In this document: piece by piece, positions 9,165 through 18,856 of the stretch | Numbering within the stretch: position 1 is the stretch's first letter | Layout of the letters: each line of letters starts with the position of its first letter | DNA from: Niastella sp. | GTDB lineage: Bacteria; Bacteroidota; Bacteroidia; Chitinophagales; Chitinophagaceae | Reading direction: 5' to 3' | DNA: 64,000 nucleotides | Assembly (NCBI GenBank): GCA_017744515.1 | Contig: JAGIBF010000006.1 | Span: forward strand, 38,395 to 102,394 | The notes under the pieces: generated by a model | The model's input: only the letters and a program-made list of their open reading frames with translations | What the model was told of the DNA's origin: nothing | Databases searched by the model: none | Position numbers and translations under genes: made by a program

Positions 9165-9276
9165 GTGATTAGCAGCTGAGCCCAAACCGGGAAAGAAAAT
9201 AAAGACCAGTTGTGCTATTTAATATCCGTACTTCAATCTAAGGCTGAAGATTTCCCGTATACTGGGTAAATCTAAT

Positions 9277-9621
9277 ATGCAAGTAAACCAGACCTATTTT
9301 GTATACATACTAACGAACCCCAATAAAACGGTACTCTATATTGGCGTTACCAATAATCTTGCTCAACGTATCATAGAACATTATATCAACCGCGGAAGCT
9401 CATCCACTTTTGCAGGCAGGCATTTTTGTTACCAATTATTATACTATGAAACATTTGGACAAATACGGAGTGCTATAGCAAGGGAAACAGAGATCAAAAA
9501 ATGGAACCGGAATAAAAAAGAGGCACTGATCAAAACAATGAATCCGGATTGGGTTTTCCTGAATAAAGAGTTGTTTGGCCAGCGGCCACCTGAAGAGGCG
9601 ATTTCACATAGAGGCAGTTAA
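9277..9621 (+). CDS. Small stand-alone GIY-YIG nuclease
   Basis: YFVYIL, LYIGVT, conserved Arg (QRIIEH) and Glu (ARETEIKKW); 114 aa. Confidence 0.92.
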   Translation: MQVNQTYFVYILTNPNKTVLYIGVTNNLAQRIIEHYINRGSSSTFAGRHFCYQLLYYETFGQIRSAIARETEIKKWNRNKKEALIKTMNPDWVFLNKELFGQRPPEEAISHRGS

Positions 9622-9641
9622 TAAAATCCGTTGTATTCGCA

Positions 9642-9766
9642 AGCAGATTTCTCACTGCGCCGCAGCTGCGTAATAGTCATAGTTCCCAATGGCTCCGTTC
9701 GAAATGACATTTAAGGGAGCAGTGTTACTATTTGTTCGAAATGGCAAAGAAGGAGGAGTTTCGTTT
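9642..9766 (-). repeat. REP-like right arm, inverted relative to the left arm
   Basis: AGCAGATTTCTCAC 9642-9655, GTTCGAAATGACA 9697-9709, GTTCGAAATGGC 9734-9745, then a purine-rich spacer resembling the reverse complement of 7852-7870. Confidence 0.85.
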
Positions 9767-9883
9767 ACAATAATACAAAAGTGGAAAACAAATGCAGTCA
9801 GCATTAAGGAGTATTTAACCATCCGGCTATAGCACCATCCTAAAAAGCGAACTATATTTAGGGAAGCGAAAACCCACCCGCAT

Positions 9884-10489
9884 ATGAAAAAGCTCTGCTT
9901 CCTGTTTGTGACAATGTTGTTTTGCCACCTGTCACTCCTGGCCCAGGTGAACGTAGGCGTGAAAGCCGGTATCAATATCAACAGGATCAAGTATAAAAAG
10001 GCGGACCCTGAAATGGCGAGCATTGGATTTCAGGCAGGTCTGCTGGCAAAGATTCACGTTACGGATGGTTTCTTCGTCCGCCCGGAAGTGCAATACTCCC
10101 GTAAAGGATACCGGTTTCCTGCCATTGGGTCTGATGGACAGGGGAATGTAAGGTATCATTATGTGGCTGTACCTATACTGGCCGGCATCCCCGTCGGCAG
10201 CAAATTCAGCTTCCTCATAGGACCGGAATTCGGCTACCTGGTGAAAGCCAATTCGAAATTCTCCACCAGTACCCGCGATGTGACGCAGAATTTCGAGCGT
10301 TTCGACTGGGGGCTTGACCTGGGCGGCGCCTGGCAGATCACTTCTTCCCTCGGTCTGGAAGTGCGCTATAATTATGGTTTCTACGGCCTGCTCAAAGGCG
10401 TCACCACTGGCCAGAATGGCGAAATTACCGGCAGCAACCGTGACGGCGCCAACCGGGTGATACAGGCTGGATTGTTTTATATGTTGTAA
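9884..10489 (+). CDS. Outer-membrane beta-barrel (porin-family/PorT-like) protein
   Basis: Signal peptide, GVKAGIN start, PEVQYSRKG, alternating beta pattern, aromatic C-terminus. Confidence 0.85.
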   Translation: MKKLCFLFVTMLFCHLSLLAQVNVGVKAGININRIKYKKADPEMASIGFQAGLLAKIHVTDGFFVRPEVQYSRKGYRFPAIGSDGQGNVRYHYVAVPILAGIPVGSKFSFLIGPEFGYLVKANSKFSTSTRDVTQNFERFDWGLDLGGAWQITSSLGLEVRYNYGFYGLLKGVTTGQNGEITGSNRDGANRVIQAGLFYML

Positions 10490-10672
10490 CACACACTTCC
10501 CATTCCGGGAAAGTCATTCAGCAACCACAATGTCTAAATTGCCCCACAACAGGCGCAAAGTAGCCTCATCCATGCATAATCCATGCGTAAAGTGCGCTTT
10601 AACTTGCAAGGATGAAGCATGGATGAAGCAAGGTTGAAGAACCTAAGAAAGTACGGATCCCGGGATTTCAGC

Positions 10673-11209
10673 TCAATGCAGCTTCCTGTTGTACTCATCT
10701 ATCCTGATAATTTTACCATCTTTCATTTTCAAATCGTTGATGACGGCTACAGAATCTTTTACGCCTTTCAACGTCTCCCAGGTTTGCGTGTACCAAAGTG
10801 TTACCCATTCTTCGCTTTTATCTTTCGAGACAACAGACTCCCAATCTTCCATTTTCACCACCACCGTCTTATAACTGTTCCTTCCTGCAGAAAAGAATGC
10901 CTTCAAGCTATCGTTCGACATTGTTTTGTCTATGCCATCGAATTTCACCGTAACGGAGTCACCAAAATATTGGAGCGACTCATCCACTTTGCCTTCTTCC
11001 CATGCTTTCAGGCATTTTAAAACATTCATTGTATTGGCCGGGCTTCCGATCTCCCAATTATCCGGATTTTTAATAGTATAAGGGTAATTCATGGCTGTTG
11101 CCGCAGTGGCGGCTGCCGGCGGCTCTTGCGTTTCGTCCTTTGCATTTTTTTCTGCATTATTACAGGAACAGGCAATTGCTACTAAAAAAAGGGAAGTCAA
11201 TTTTTTCAT
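10673..11209 (-). CDS. NTF2/SnoaL-like lipoprotein
   Basis: Lipobox IACSC; EWVTLWY and KDGKIIRIDEY patterns typical of the NTF2 fold. Confidence 0.75.
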   Translation of the reverse strand: MKKLTSLFLVAIACSCNNAEKNAKDETQEPPAAATAATAMNYPYTIKNPDNWEIGSPANTMNVLKCLKAWEEGKVDESLQYFGDSVTVKFDGIDKTMSNDSLKAFFSAGRNSYKTVVVKMEDWESVVSKDKSEEWVTLWYTQTWETLKGVKDSVAVINDLKMKDGKIIRIDEYNRKLH

Positions 11210-11719
11210 GATGTGTTGTTTAAGACTTAAAATTTATGAGGATGATCGATTGCCAATTGGATAGATGCAAGGGCTATTGTAATTGCCGACCCAAAATTCA
11301 GGCTCAGGAAAAGATCCTGTGAGGAGTTTTTAGGCATTTGCTATAAAAAACCGGCTTTTAACCCGACGAATTGTGCATTATGAGGACAAATCCCGCATTG
11401 GAAATAAAATGGCAAAACGGGCACTGCCATGGTGGCCGGCATCTACCCGGATGGTAGCAGAGTACTCAGGGGGTGCTCAGGGAGTGCTCTAAGTATTGTC
11501 AGGGAATACTCTAAACACCCCTTTTTATGTGGATACCCCGTATATACGCAGAGCATACTTAGGCAATATTCAGAGCATTCGCCTACAACTCCTCTACAAT
11601 TCCGCTACCATTCCACTACTTCTATTCCTGAAGTGCCCTTGCTCCCCAAAGCAAAAAACTTCCCGTCGCCTGTTCACCTTCACCCGATCTGGTTGATATA
11701 TGAACAGAACCGACTAATT

Positions 11720-13411
11720 ATGCAAACAACTACCCCCTCCTTTTTTAAGAAACATCTGATGCCCGTCCTGCTATTGGGAGCCGGCATCCTGCTGCTGGCC
11801 TATGGCTGGTTTTTCCGCGGTGCGGCTGATCTGAAAGTAAAGATCAAGCCGGCCACTTACATCATGCCTGCCGCTTATAAGGTATACGCCAATCCTGAAG
11901 TCCTGGGCGGGCGTTACAACTTGTTTAAAGCGGTGATCGAAAACCCCAGTGGTGAAATGGTGCAGGATATGAAGGTGGAATACCGCATTCCCAAGTACAT
12001 CGACGAGTGGACGGAAGCGCCTGCTGCGGCCCACGTGCTGCCCGGACAAACCGTAGTGGCCATGGGCTACCCTGCCTTTGACCAGAAGATCACGGAGAAG
12101 AACTCACAATCGAAAGAGAAGGCTGAAGTGCGCATTACCTGGGGACCGAAAGGCAACCGCGAGGAGGTGAAGGAAACTTTCTCTTTTACCATGATGGCGG
12201 CGGGTGATTTTGCCTATACCGATATGCCGGCTTCGGAGATCGCCAGCTTTGCCGATATGATGCAAAATAATCCGCTTTCCGTATGTTTTATCACTGCCGA
12301 AGATCCTGCCGTGCGGTACTATACCGGTAAGATCCAACAAAAGATATTAAAGGGTGAAACTGCCGGTGTGACGCATACTGCCGAAGAGGGCGTACGTTTC
12401 CTCAAAGGTATTTATGAAGCTACGTTACGCTCGGGCATGGTGTATAGCAGCACGCAGGCGGTGCCCTCCAGTACGGGAGATGTACAAACCCTTGTGCAAC
12501 GCATTCGCCTGCCGCGCGAAGTGATCAGCAATAATACTGGTCTTTGCATCGAGCTGAGTTTTTTGTATGCCAGCATCATGCGTAATGCGGGCCTCGACCC
12601 GGTGGTGTTTTACATTCCGGGCCATGCCTACCCTGGCTTTAAGCTGAATGGCCAATATTATGCTATCGAGGCTACTTCTATTGGTGGCGCAGGTCTTGGT
12701 GGTTCCAAATCGGCCGACGAGGCGTTGCAGATCGGTATGAAGGAGCTGCAGGAATTTTTCCAGCGCATGCAAATGGGTGATGACCGTTATTATATGGTGG
12801 ATGTAACGGAAGGGCTGAGCCAGGGCATCATTCCGATGGAACTGAAAGAGGATGCTTTTACCCGCCAGAAGATAGATGAAGTGGCAGCGAATTGGGAAAA
12901 CGGTGGCGGTGTACCTGCCAATAATGTCGTATATGTTCCTTCCAACAATGGTGGAGGTGGAAACACCGGTGGAGGAAATGATGGTGGTGGAGGTGGTAAC
13001 ACCAATACCGGCTTCGTGCAGTATAGTCGCAACATCAGCTTTGCTTATCCTCAGGGTTCAAAGGTCATCAACAATCCCAATCCGCAAGTGCCTGTATTGA
13101 TCACCATGGTAAATACGCCCGGACAGGCTGTCACCGCGCAGGTATATGAATTCCAAAACGCCTCCGGCGTGAACCAGGCATTGGAAAGTTTGCGGGAAAT
13201 GCTGTATCAAACGGGTCAACAGATATCTTACCAGACTGCGGGCTCTCACAACGGCTATACGCTCGTGAATGGTGTTACCAACTACAATGGCAACAGCATG
13301 CCGTGGATCGGTGGCCTGCGTAATCGCAACGGTCATGTGGAAGGATTGATCATCGGTATCTATAATGGTAACCAGCAACTGGCTCAACAAATTCTTGGAT
13401 CGCTTCGCTAA
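11720..13411 (+). CDS. Membrane-anchored transglutaminase-like (Cys-His-Glu) protein with a Gly/Asn linker and C-terminal domain
   Basis: Start reassigned to ATG 11720 (MQTTT). N-terminal TM; GLCIELS, PGHAYPG, YAIEAT motifs. Confidence 0.75.
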   Translation: MQTTTPSFFKKHLMPVLLLGAGILLLAYGWFFRGAADLKVKIKPATYIMPAAYKVYANPEVLGGRYNLFKAVIENPSGEMVQDMKVEYRIPKYIDEWTEAPAAAHVLPGQTVVAMGYPAFDQKITEKNSQSKEKAEVRITWGPKGNREEVKETFSFTMMAAGDFAYTDMPASEIASFADMMQNNPLSVCFITAEDPAVRYYTGKIQQKILKGETAGVTHTAEEGVRFLKGIYEATLRSGMVYSSTQAVPSSTGDVQTLVQRIRLPREVISNNTGLCIELSFLYASIMRNAGLDPVVFYIPGHAYPGFKLNGQYYAIEATSIGGAGLGGSKSADEALQIGMKELQEFFQRMQMGDDRYYMVDVTEGLSQGIIPMELKEDAFTRQKIDEVAANWENGGGVPANNVVYVPSNNGGGGNTGGGNDGGGGGNTNTGFVQYSRNISFAYPQGSKVINNPNPQVPVLITMVNTPGQAVTAQVYEFQNASGVNQALESLREMLYQTGQQISYQTAGSHNGYTLVNGVTNYNGNSMPWIGGLRNRNGHVEGLIIGIYNGNQQLAQQILGSLR

Positions 13412-13441
13412 TATTTACTCAACCAACTCAACAGCTCATTT

Positions 13442-14119
13442 ATGAAATACTTACCGGCTTATATATTGTTGCTCGTATGCTTGTTCTTTACCAGCCACGT
13501 CGTAGCTCGCCAGCAACAGCAAGACCCTACCGGCCTCAACCAGGAGATCGATTACCACATCGATAAGCTGGGGGATGCCACACTGGAGCTGCGCATGAAA
13601 ATGAATGCCATGCAGTGGCAGAGTTTCAAGGCAAGTCCGGTGGCCAGCAACCCTACCATCTTTAAAAGGGATATGGAGCGGCAGATGGCTTCTTATATCA
13701 TCGATGATATAAAGACCAACCTCAATGAGGGTGATCGCAGCTCGCTTACTACGCTGAAGGCGCGTAGCCTGGCTCAATACAAGGGTAAAGGGTTGTGGGA
13801 AGTGAAACTGGATATGAAGAACCCGAACGTGACCAAGGTATCCGACAACTGCTACCTGCTTACCGGCAATATGATCTCAGGAGGCACGCTTATTCACCAG
13901 TTGCAGAAGCTATTTCTGCCGGAAGGGGCCAGCGACATCAAGCAGGACACCGACACTTTTGGCAATGCGATCATTTCTTATAAGCTGGATGTAGAGCCGG
14001 CTGCTATCAATCTATTTGCCATAACGGGGATTGTATGCATCATTACCGGAGCCACTTTCCTGTTGATACAGATACGCAGATCCCGCAGTTTTACGCCGCA
14101 GGCTCAGGCTATCGGGTAA
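13442..14119 (+). CDS. Hypothetical exported protein with a C-terminal TM anchor
   Basis: Signal peptide, beta-rich body, C-terminal hydrophobic helix + RRSR; starts 30 bp after the upstream gene. Confidence 0.75.
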   Translation: MKYLPAYILLLVCLFFTSHVVARQQQQDPTGLNQEIDYHIDKLGDATLELRMKMNAMQWQSFKASPVASNPTIFKRDMERQMASYIIDDIKTNLNEGDRSSLTTLKARSLAQYKGKGLWEVKLDMKNPNVTKVSDNCYLLTGNMISGGTLIHQLQKLFLPEGASDIKQDTDTFGNAIISYKLDVEPAAINLFAITGIVCIITGATFLLIQIRRSRSFTPQAQAIG

Positions 14120-14218
14120 ATTGGCTGAATACAGGTCAATTTTAATACAGGGACAATCCGGCGGAAGAAAGATATATTATAATAATACTTATCTTCCAAG
14201 TGAAAAGACTGTATTCAT

Positions 14219-14776
14219 TTGGAAATCTCATTCGACCGATCTGGCACCAACCCTGACGAGTTATTACATAATGTGTATGCAGCAAACTATCCATGGTTGC
14301 TGCAATATGTACAGCAAAATTCGGGCAATGCTGCCGATGCGCAGGATATTTTCCAGGAGGGTGTGTATGCTGCCTGGACCAACCTGCGGGAAGGCCGCTT
14401 CACCGGCAACAGTGCTCAGTTCAATGCCTACCTGCGACAGATCTGTAAGCATAAATGGCTCAACCAGCTTAAATCGACTGGCCGCTCACGCACCAGTTAC
14501 CAGGACGACCTGACTCATGTAGAACAGACAGCCGATGATCCACAGGTCATCGCAGAGCAACTGGAACAGAGCAGGCTACTGAAAGATTGCTTTGCACAGC
14601 TGGGTGATAAGTGCAAGCAGGTATTGGGTTTGTTTTATTACAGGCGACAATCGCTGGCACAGATCGCCGCAGTAACCAACAATACAGAAGAAAGCGTGAA
14701 AACGATCAAATACCGTTGTATGATGCAATTAAGGAAGTTGTACCTCGAACAAAATAAAGCGAATGGCGGATTATAG
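14219..14776 (+). CDS. ECF sigma-70 factor
   Basis: DAQDIFQEG region 2; SLAQIA..ESVKTIKYRC region 4; TTG start. Confidence 0.9.
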   Translation: MEISFDRSGTNPDELLHNVYAANYPWLLQYVQQNSGNAADAQDIFQEGVYAAWTNLREGRFTGNSAQFNAYLRQICKHKWLNQLKSTGRSRTSYQDDLTHVEQTADDPQVIAEQLEQSRLLKDCFAQLGDKCKQVLGLFYYRRQSLAQIAAVTNNTEESVKTIKYRCMMQLRKLYLEQNKANGGL

Positions 14777-15515
14777 GGATCATATCAGCCAGGAAATGTT
14801 TGAGCAGATTGAAAGTTACCTGCTCGGGCGCATGGATGCTGTGCAACGGCAGGCATTTGAGCAGGCCATGGCCAACGATGTGCAACTACGCAACGAAGTG
14901 GCATTGCAACGCAAGTTGATAGCCACTGTGGAAGCTGGCAGTTTTATCGATGAGCAACCTGGCGCAGAGACTACGACAACTCCTGCTGTACCTGCACCAG
15001 TGCGTACCATGAACAGGCGCTGGTGGTATGCAGCCGCTGCAGCACTGATCATAACGATTGGCGCTACCTGGTGGCTGCGCAGAACGGAAACAGTCTCGCA
15101 AGACCTGTATACTCAATACTTCCATGTCGATCCCGGCTTGCCTGTAGCGATGAGCAGCACCCATGCTTATACTTTTTATGATGGCATGGTAAGTTATAAG
15201 GAAGGCAAGTATAAGGAGGCTGCTGCGATGTGGACAAAACTGGGTAATGAAAAGGGATTTACCGATACGTTGCAATATTTCATCGGTGTAGCTCATCTCA
15301 ACAACAACGCATTACCGGAAGCTAATCAATACCTGCTGCCGGTAGCCAACAATAATACCAGTGTGTGGAAAGGCAAAGCTACCTGGTATCTCGCCTTATC
15401 CTATATTAAAGTGGACAATCGTACTGAAGCCGTCCGCTGGCTAACCCAATTACCCAATGATGAACGGGCGAAGCAACTGCTGGCTGAACCAGCTTTGCGG
15501 GAACCCGGTAAATAG
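14763..15515 (+). CDS. Putative anti-sigma factor (cytoplasmic N-terminus, TM, periplasmic TPR-like domain)
   Basis: IESYLLGRM N-terminus, TM WWYAAAAALII, ATWYLALSY TPR-like helix; overlaps the sigma stop. Confidence 0.75.
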   Translation: MADYRDHISQEMFEQIESYLLGRMDAVQRQAFEQAMANDVQLRNEVALQRKLIATVEAGSFIDEQPGAETTTTPAVPAPVRTMNRRWWYAAAAALIITIGATWWLRRTETVSQDLYTQYFHVDPGLPVAMSSTHAYTFYDGMVSYKEGKYKEAAAMWTKLGNEKGFTDTLQYFIGVAHLNNNALPEANQYLLPVANNNTSVWKGKATWYLALSYIKVDNRTEAVRWLTQLPNDERAKQLLAEPALREPGK

Positions 15516-15522
15516 CTGTATC

Positions 15523-18500
15523 ATGCGTGGGCTGATCATCCTGCTGTGTTTCCTGACAGCCGCGTTACCGCTGGCTGCTCAATCTGACTACTATCAACGC
15601 TCACGCGATGCCTACAAGGCATTGAAGACCGATAGTGCTGTGTGGTATATACAACAGGCTATCCGCTATTACAGCAACAACAAGCAAATCGACAGCCTTG
15701 TGCTGGCCTATGTGCACAAGGGTGATATGGCCTGGCGCGAACAAGGTACCGCACAAGGGCTTGCCGTCATAGATACGGCTCTTTCACTTACTAAAAAACT
15801 TCCGCAGAACAATGTTGCTATTGTAGCCGCGCTGGACAAGAAGGGGCAGATACTTGTGAACAATGCCCGGGCGCAGGAAGGAAAGCAATACCTGCTGCAA
15901 GGGCTTGCTCACATTCCGGCGAATGCACCACCGAATGAGTTTTACATTGCATTGTATACCGACATCTCCTGGATGTATCTTGAACTGCAGGATTTTGCCA
16001 ATGGTATACTGTATGGCGAAAAAGCCAAACAATCTATTGAAAGGTTGCAAGGTAAAGATTCGCGCATGCTTATCAGCGTGTACCAAACGCTGATGTATCT
16101 GGCGCATGATGCCGGTAATTTTCGGGAGGCAGAGCGGTATGGCCTGGAGATGTACCGGCTGGCCGACAAACACCTGCCGGCCATTCATGCCAACCGGGCA
16201 TTGGCGCATAATGATCTTGGCTCCATTTATGAAAGCATGCAGCGGATGGATGAAGCGCTACACCACCGCCAGGAAATGGTGCGCATCATTCAACTGGTGT
16301 ACCTGAAAAACAAGAATCCCAACTTACTGGCGATTGGCTACAATAATATGGGCAGGCTGTATGAAGCCATGGGTGAGATGCAACTGGCGCATGAGTATTA
16401 TGATAAGGGCCGTCGCCTGCATGAAAAGAATTATGGCACTGATGGTTATGGTATGGTACGGCCGCTGAGTCACATAGCGAATATCAAGCGGGTCATGCGG
16501 AATTTTGATGAAGCCGACAGCTTGTTTGCCAGGGCCTACCGGATTGCACAGCAACAAATACCCAATGATCCGGTAGACCTTGCTTATATCGAAACGCAGT
16601 ATGGTGATCTCTTTTATGACCGTGGTCAATTTGAGGCAGCTGCGCGCTACTATCAGCAGGCATTGCAACATGAGGCCAAAGCGGGCATTACTAATAGCAG
16701 GCGCACACAGAGTAACAAAACCACCTTGGGACAGGCTTATGCAAAAATGAAACGCCTTCCCGAAGGTTTATCCTTATTGCAAGAAGGTCTCGACAACTAT
16801 CGTGGCTGGTATAGTAAAGGTAATGTGGTGATAGCGGGACAGTTTGACAAGATATGTGAAGCTTATCTTGACGCCGGGCAGCTATCTGAAGCGATGCGCT
16901 ATTCGGACAGCTCCTTCCTGGAGTTGTTGCAACTTCCCTCCTTCCCCGCCGGCAACTGGCTTCAAAAAATACCGGTGAGTCATTTTATCCTGCGTTATAT
17001 ACAACATCGCACAGCAATTGAACAAGCGCTATATAAAAAAGAAGGTAAGAGCACCGGGCTGATGAATATTCTGCAACTGGCAGATGATTACAGTGCTTAC
17101 CTTGAGAAAAGCTTACCCGCGCTTCGTACGCAAGCCTCGTTGCTGCAGTTGGTCGCCAATCATAAATATATTTACAACACCGCTATTGAAGCTTGCTGGG
17201 AATTGCATCAAAAAGAGAACAAACCATTATGGCTGGAAAAAGCTTTTGGCTTTAGCGAAAGCAGCAAAGCGTTGTTGCTACGCCTGGCTGCCAATAACAT
17301 ACTCGTAGATGCCGCCCGCGGCTCAAAGGATGTTACTGCCGGCAAAGACCTGAACTGGCGCAAGCGTATTAGTCAGCTCAATGCTCAATACCTCGATGCA
17401 GGCAGTAACAATGATTCTGTGCTCACGCTGCTCACTACCACGATGGAATCGTATTATCGTTTTCAGGATAGTTTAATGAAATCCGGCAATGCAGCTACTC
17501 AACTGAAGTACCGGGTGAAGCCTTTTTCTATCGACGAGGTACGTGAGGAGTTATTAAATGAAAAGCAAACGCTGTTACAGTATGCCGTTACAGATGAATA
17601 TGTGTTTTTATTTGTGCTGAATGCGCGCAACCTCACGCTGAAACGTCTTCCGCGGAAGACACTGGAAGATGTAAAGGCTTTACAACAATTGTACAACCTA
17701 CAACCGGCAGCTTTTGTACTGCCTGCGCACCGGCTGTATAATGCATTGGTAGCGCCTGCTGTGCCGTTGCTGTTATCGGACAAATTGTTGATCGTACCCG
17801 ATGCGGACCTGTATTATCTGAACTTCGAGTTATTGGTATCAGCTGCAACTGTAGCCCCTTTCAATAAGCTACCTTACCTGGTACAACGGTACAATATTGC
17901 TTACCAGCTTTCGGCTACCAGTGCGCTGCAATACAAGGCTGCCAGCAAGCAGGTAAGCGACAGGGCTCTCCTGTTGACACCTGTATTTACCGATGAAATG
18001 AAAGCAGCCTACCGTAAGAGTATTAAAGACAGCTTACTGGCCGACCAGCACTATTTATCACTGCTGCGCCAGCCTTTTGCGCTGAATGCAGCCCAACAGA
18101 TCAGTAGTTATGTAAGTACTGATCACTTTACCGGACCACAGGCGTTGGAAAGTACTTTTAAAGAAGCAGCGGCCCGGTACAAAATACTTCATCTGGGTAC
18201 TCATGCGGATATCAACAATGCATCGCCGCTGCAATCGAGGTTCTTCCTGGCCAAACCTCCGGCTGAAGACTCCACTGACAGCGAAGATGGTTACCTGCAT
18301 GCCTATGAAATATATGGCATGACATTGCGCGCCGAGCTGGCGGTGCTTACCGCCTGTGAAACGGGTACCGGCGCCTGGAACCAGGGTGAAGGGGTTATTT
18401 CTCTGGCGCATAGTTTTATGTATGCCGGCTGTCCTTCGGTGGTGATGAGCCTGTGGAAGATCGATGAAAAGTCGAGTGCAGAGATCATTACGCTGTTTTA

Positions 18501-18744
18501 TAAGCATCTGGCCAGGGGCGCCTCTAAAAGCGAGGCGCTGCGGGCAGCCAAACTGGAATACCTCAATAATGCCCCGCCCGAGCTGAACCACCCTTATTTC
18601 TGGGCTGGCATGACGCTCATTGGTGATGATGCGCCTTTGGTCCACTCCTCCTCTACCTGGCTGTGGATTGCTATTCCGGTTGCTACCGTATTGGCCATTG
18701 GCAGCCTGATATGGGTGCGCCGGCGGCGCTCCAAAAAAAGTTAA
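15523..18744 (+). CDS. TPR-CHAT (caspase-like) protease with a signal peptide and C-terminal TM
   Basis: Multiple TPRs; LHLGTHA (His) and LTACETG (Cys); HPYFWAG; start MRGLIIL at 15523. Confidence 0.9.
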   Translation: MRGLIILLCFLTAALPLAAQSDYYQRSRDAYKALKTDSAVWYIQQAIRYYSNNKQIDSLVLAYVHKGDMAWREQGTAQGLAVIDTALSLTKKLPQNNVAIVAALDKKGQILVNNARAQEGKQYLLQGLAHIPANAPPNEFYIALYTDISWMYLELQDFANGILYGEKAKQSIERLQGKDSRMLISVYQTLMYLAHDAGNFREAERYGLEMYRLADKHLPAIHANRALAHNDLGSIYESMQRMDEALHHRQEMVRIIQLVYLKNKNPNLLAIGYNNMGRLYEAMGEMQLAHEYYDKGRRLHEKNYGTDGYGMVRPLSHIANIKRVMRNFDEADSLFARAYRIAQQQIPNDPVDLAYIETQYGDLFYDRGQFEAAARYYQQALQHEAKAGITNSRRTQSNKTTLGQAYAKMKRLPEGLSLLQEGLDNYRGWYSKGNVVIAGQFDKICEAYLDAGQLSEAMRYSDSSFLELLQLPSFPAGNWLQKIPVSHFILRYIQHRTAIEQALYKKEGKSTGLMNILQLADDYSAYLEKSLPALRTQASLLQLVANHKYIYNTAIEACWELHQKENKPLWLEKAFGFSESSKALLLRLAANNILVDAARGSKDVTAGKDLNWRKRISQLNAQYLDAGSNNDSVLTLLTTTMESYYRFQDSLMKSGNAATQLKYRVKPFSIDEVREELLNEKQTLLQYAVTDEYVFLFVLNARNLTLKRLPRKTLEDVKALQQLYNLQPAAFVLPAHRLYNALVAPAVPLLLSDKLLIVPDADLYYLNFELLVSAATVAPFNKLPYLVQRYNIAYQLSATSALQYKAASKQVSDRALLLTPVFTDEMKAAYRKSIKDSLLADQHYLSLLRQPFALNAAQQISSYVSTDHFTGPQALESTFKEAAARYKILHLGTHADINNASPLQSRFFLAKPPAEDSTDSEDGYLHAYEIYGMTLRAELAVLTACETGTGAWNQGEGVISLAHSFMYAGCPSVVMSLWKIDEKSSAEIITLFYKHLARGASKSEALRAAKLEYLNNAPPELNHPYFWAGMTLIGDDAPLVHSSSTWLWIAIPVATVLAIGSLIWVRRRRSKKS

Positions 18745-18856
18745 CAATTCCTGTTCACCTTCCTGCAAGTTGATTGATATAAGGAATATAGACAGCCTAT
18801 ATTCTAAGATCTGCCGCCTCTATCCTGCATTTCTACTTATTTAACCACCAACTTGT

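Noticed and set aside
9277-9621. GIY-YIG gene as uvrC or an intron homing endonuclease
   Set aside because: Only 114 aa, lacks UvrC domains or a DNA-binding tail, and is not inside an intron or host gene
11429-11719. 97-aa N-terminal extension of the transglutaminase-like ORF
   Set aside because: It translates intergenic period-11 repeats; ATG 11720 precedes the TM segment and has an A-rich context
15523-18744. CHAT protein as part of a CRISPR (Craspase) or anti-phage locus
   Set aside because: No cas genes, arrays or STAND NTPases nearby, and the protein is predicted to be exported
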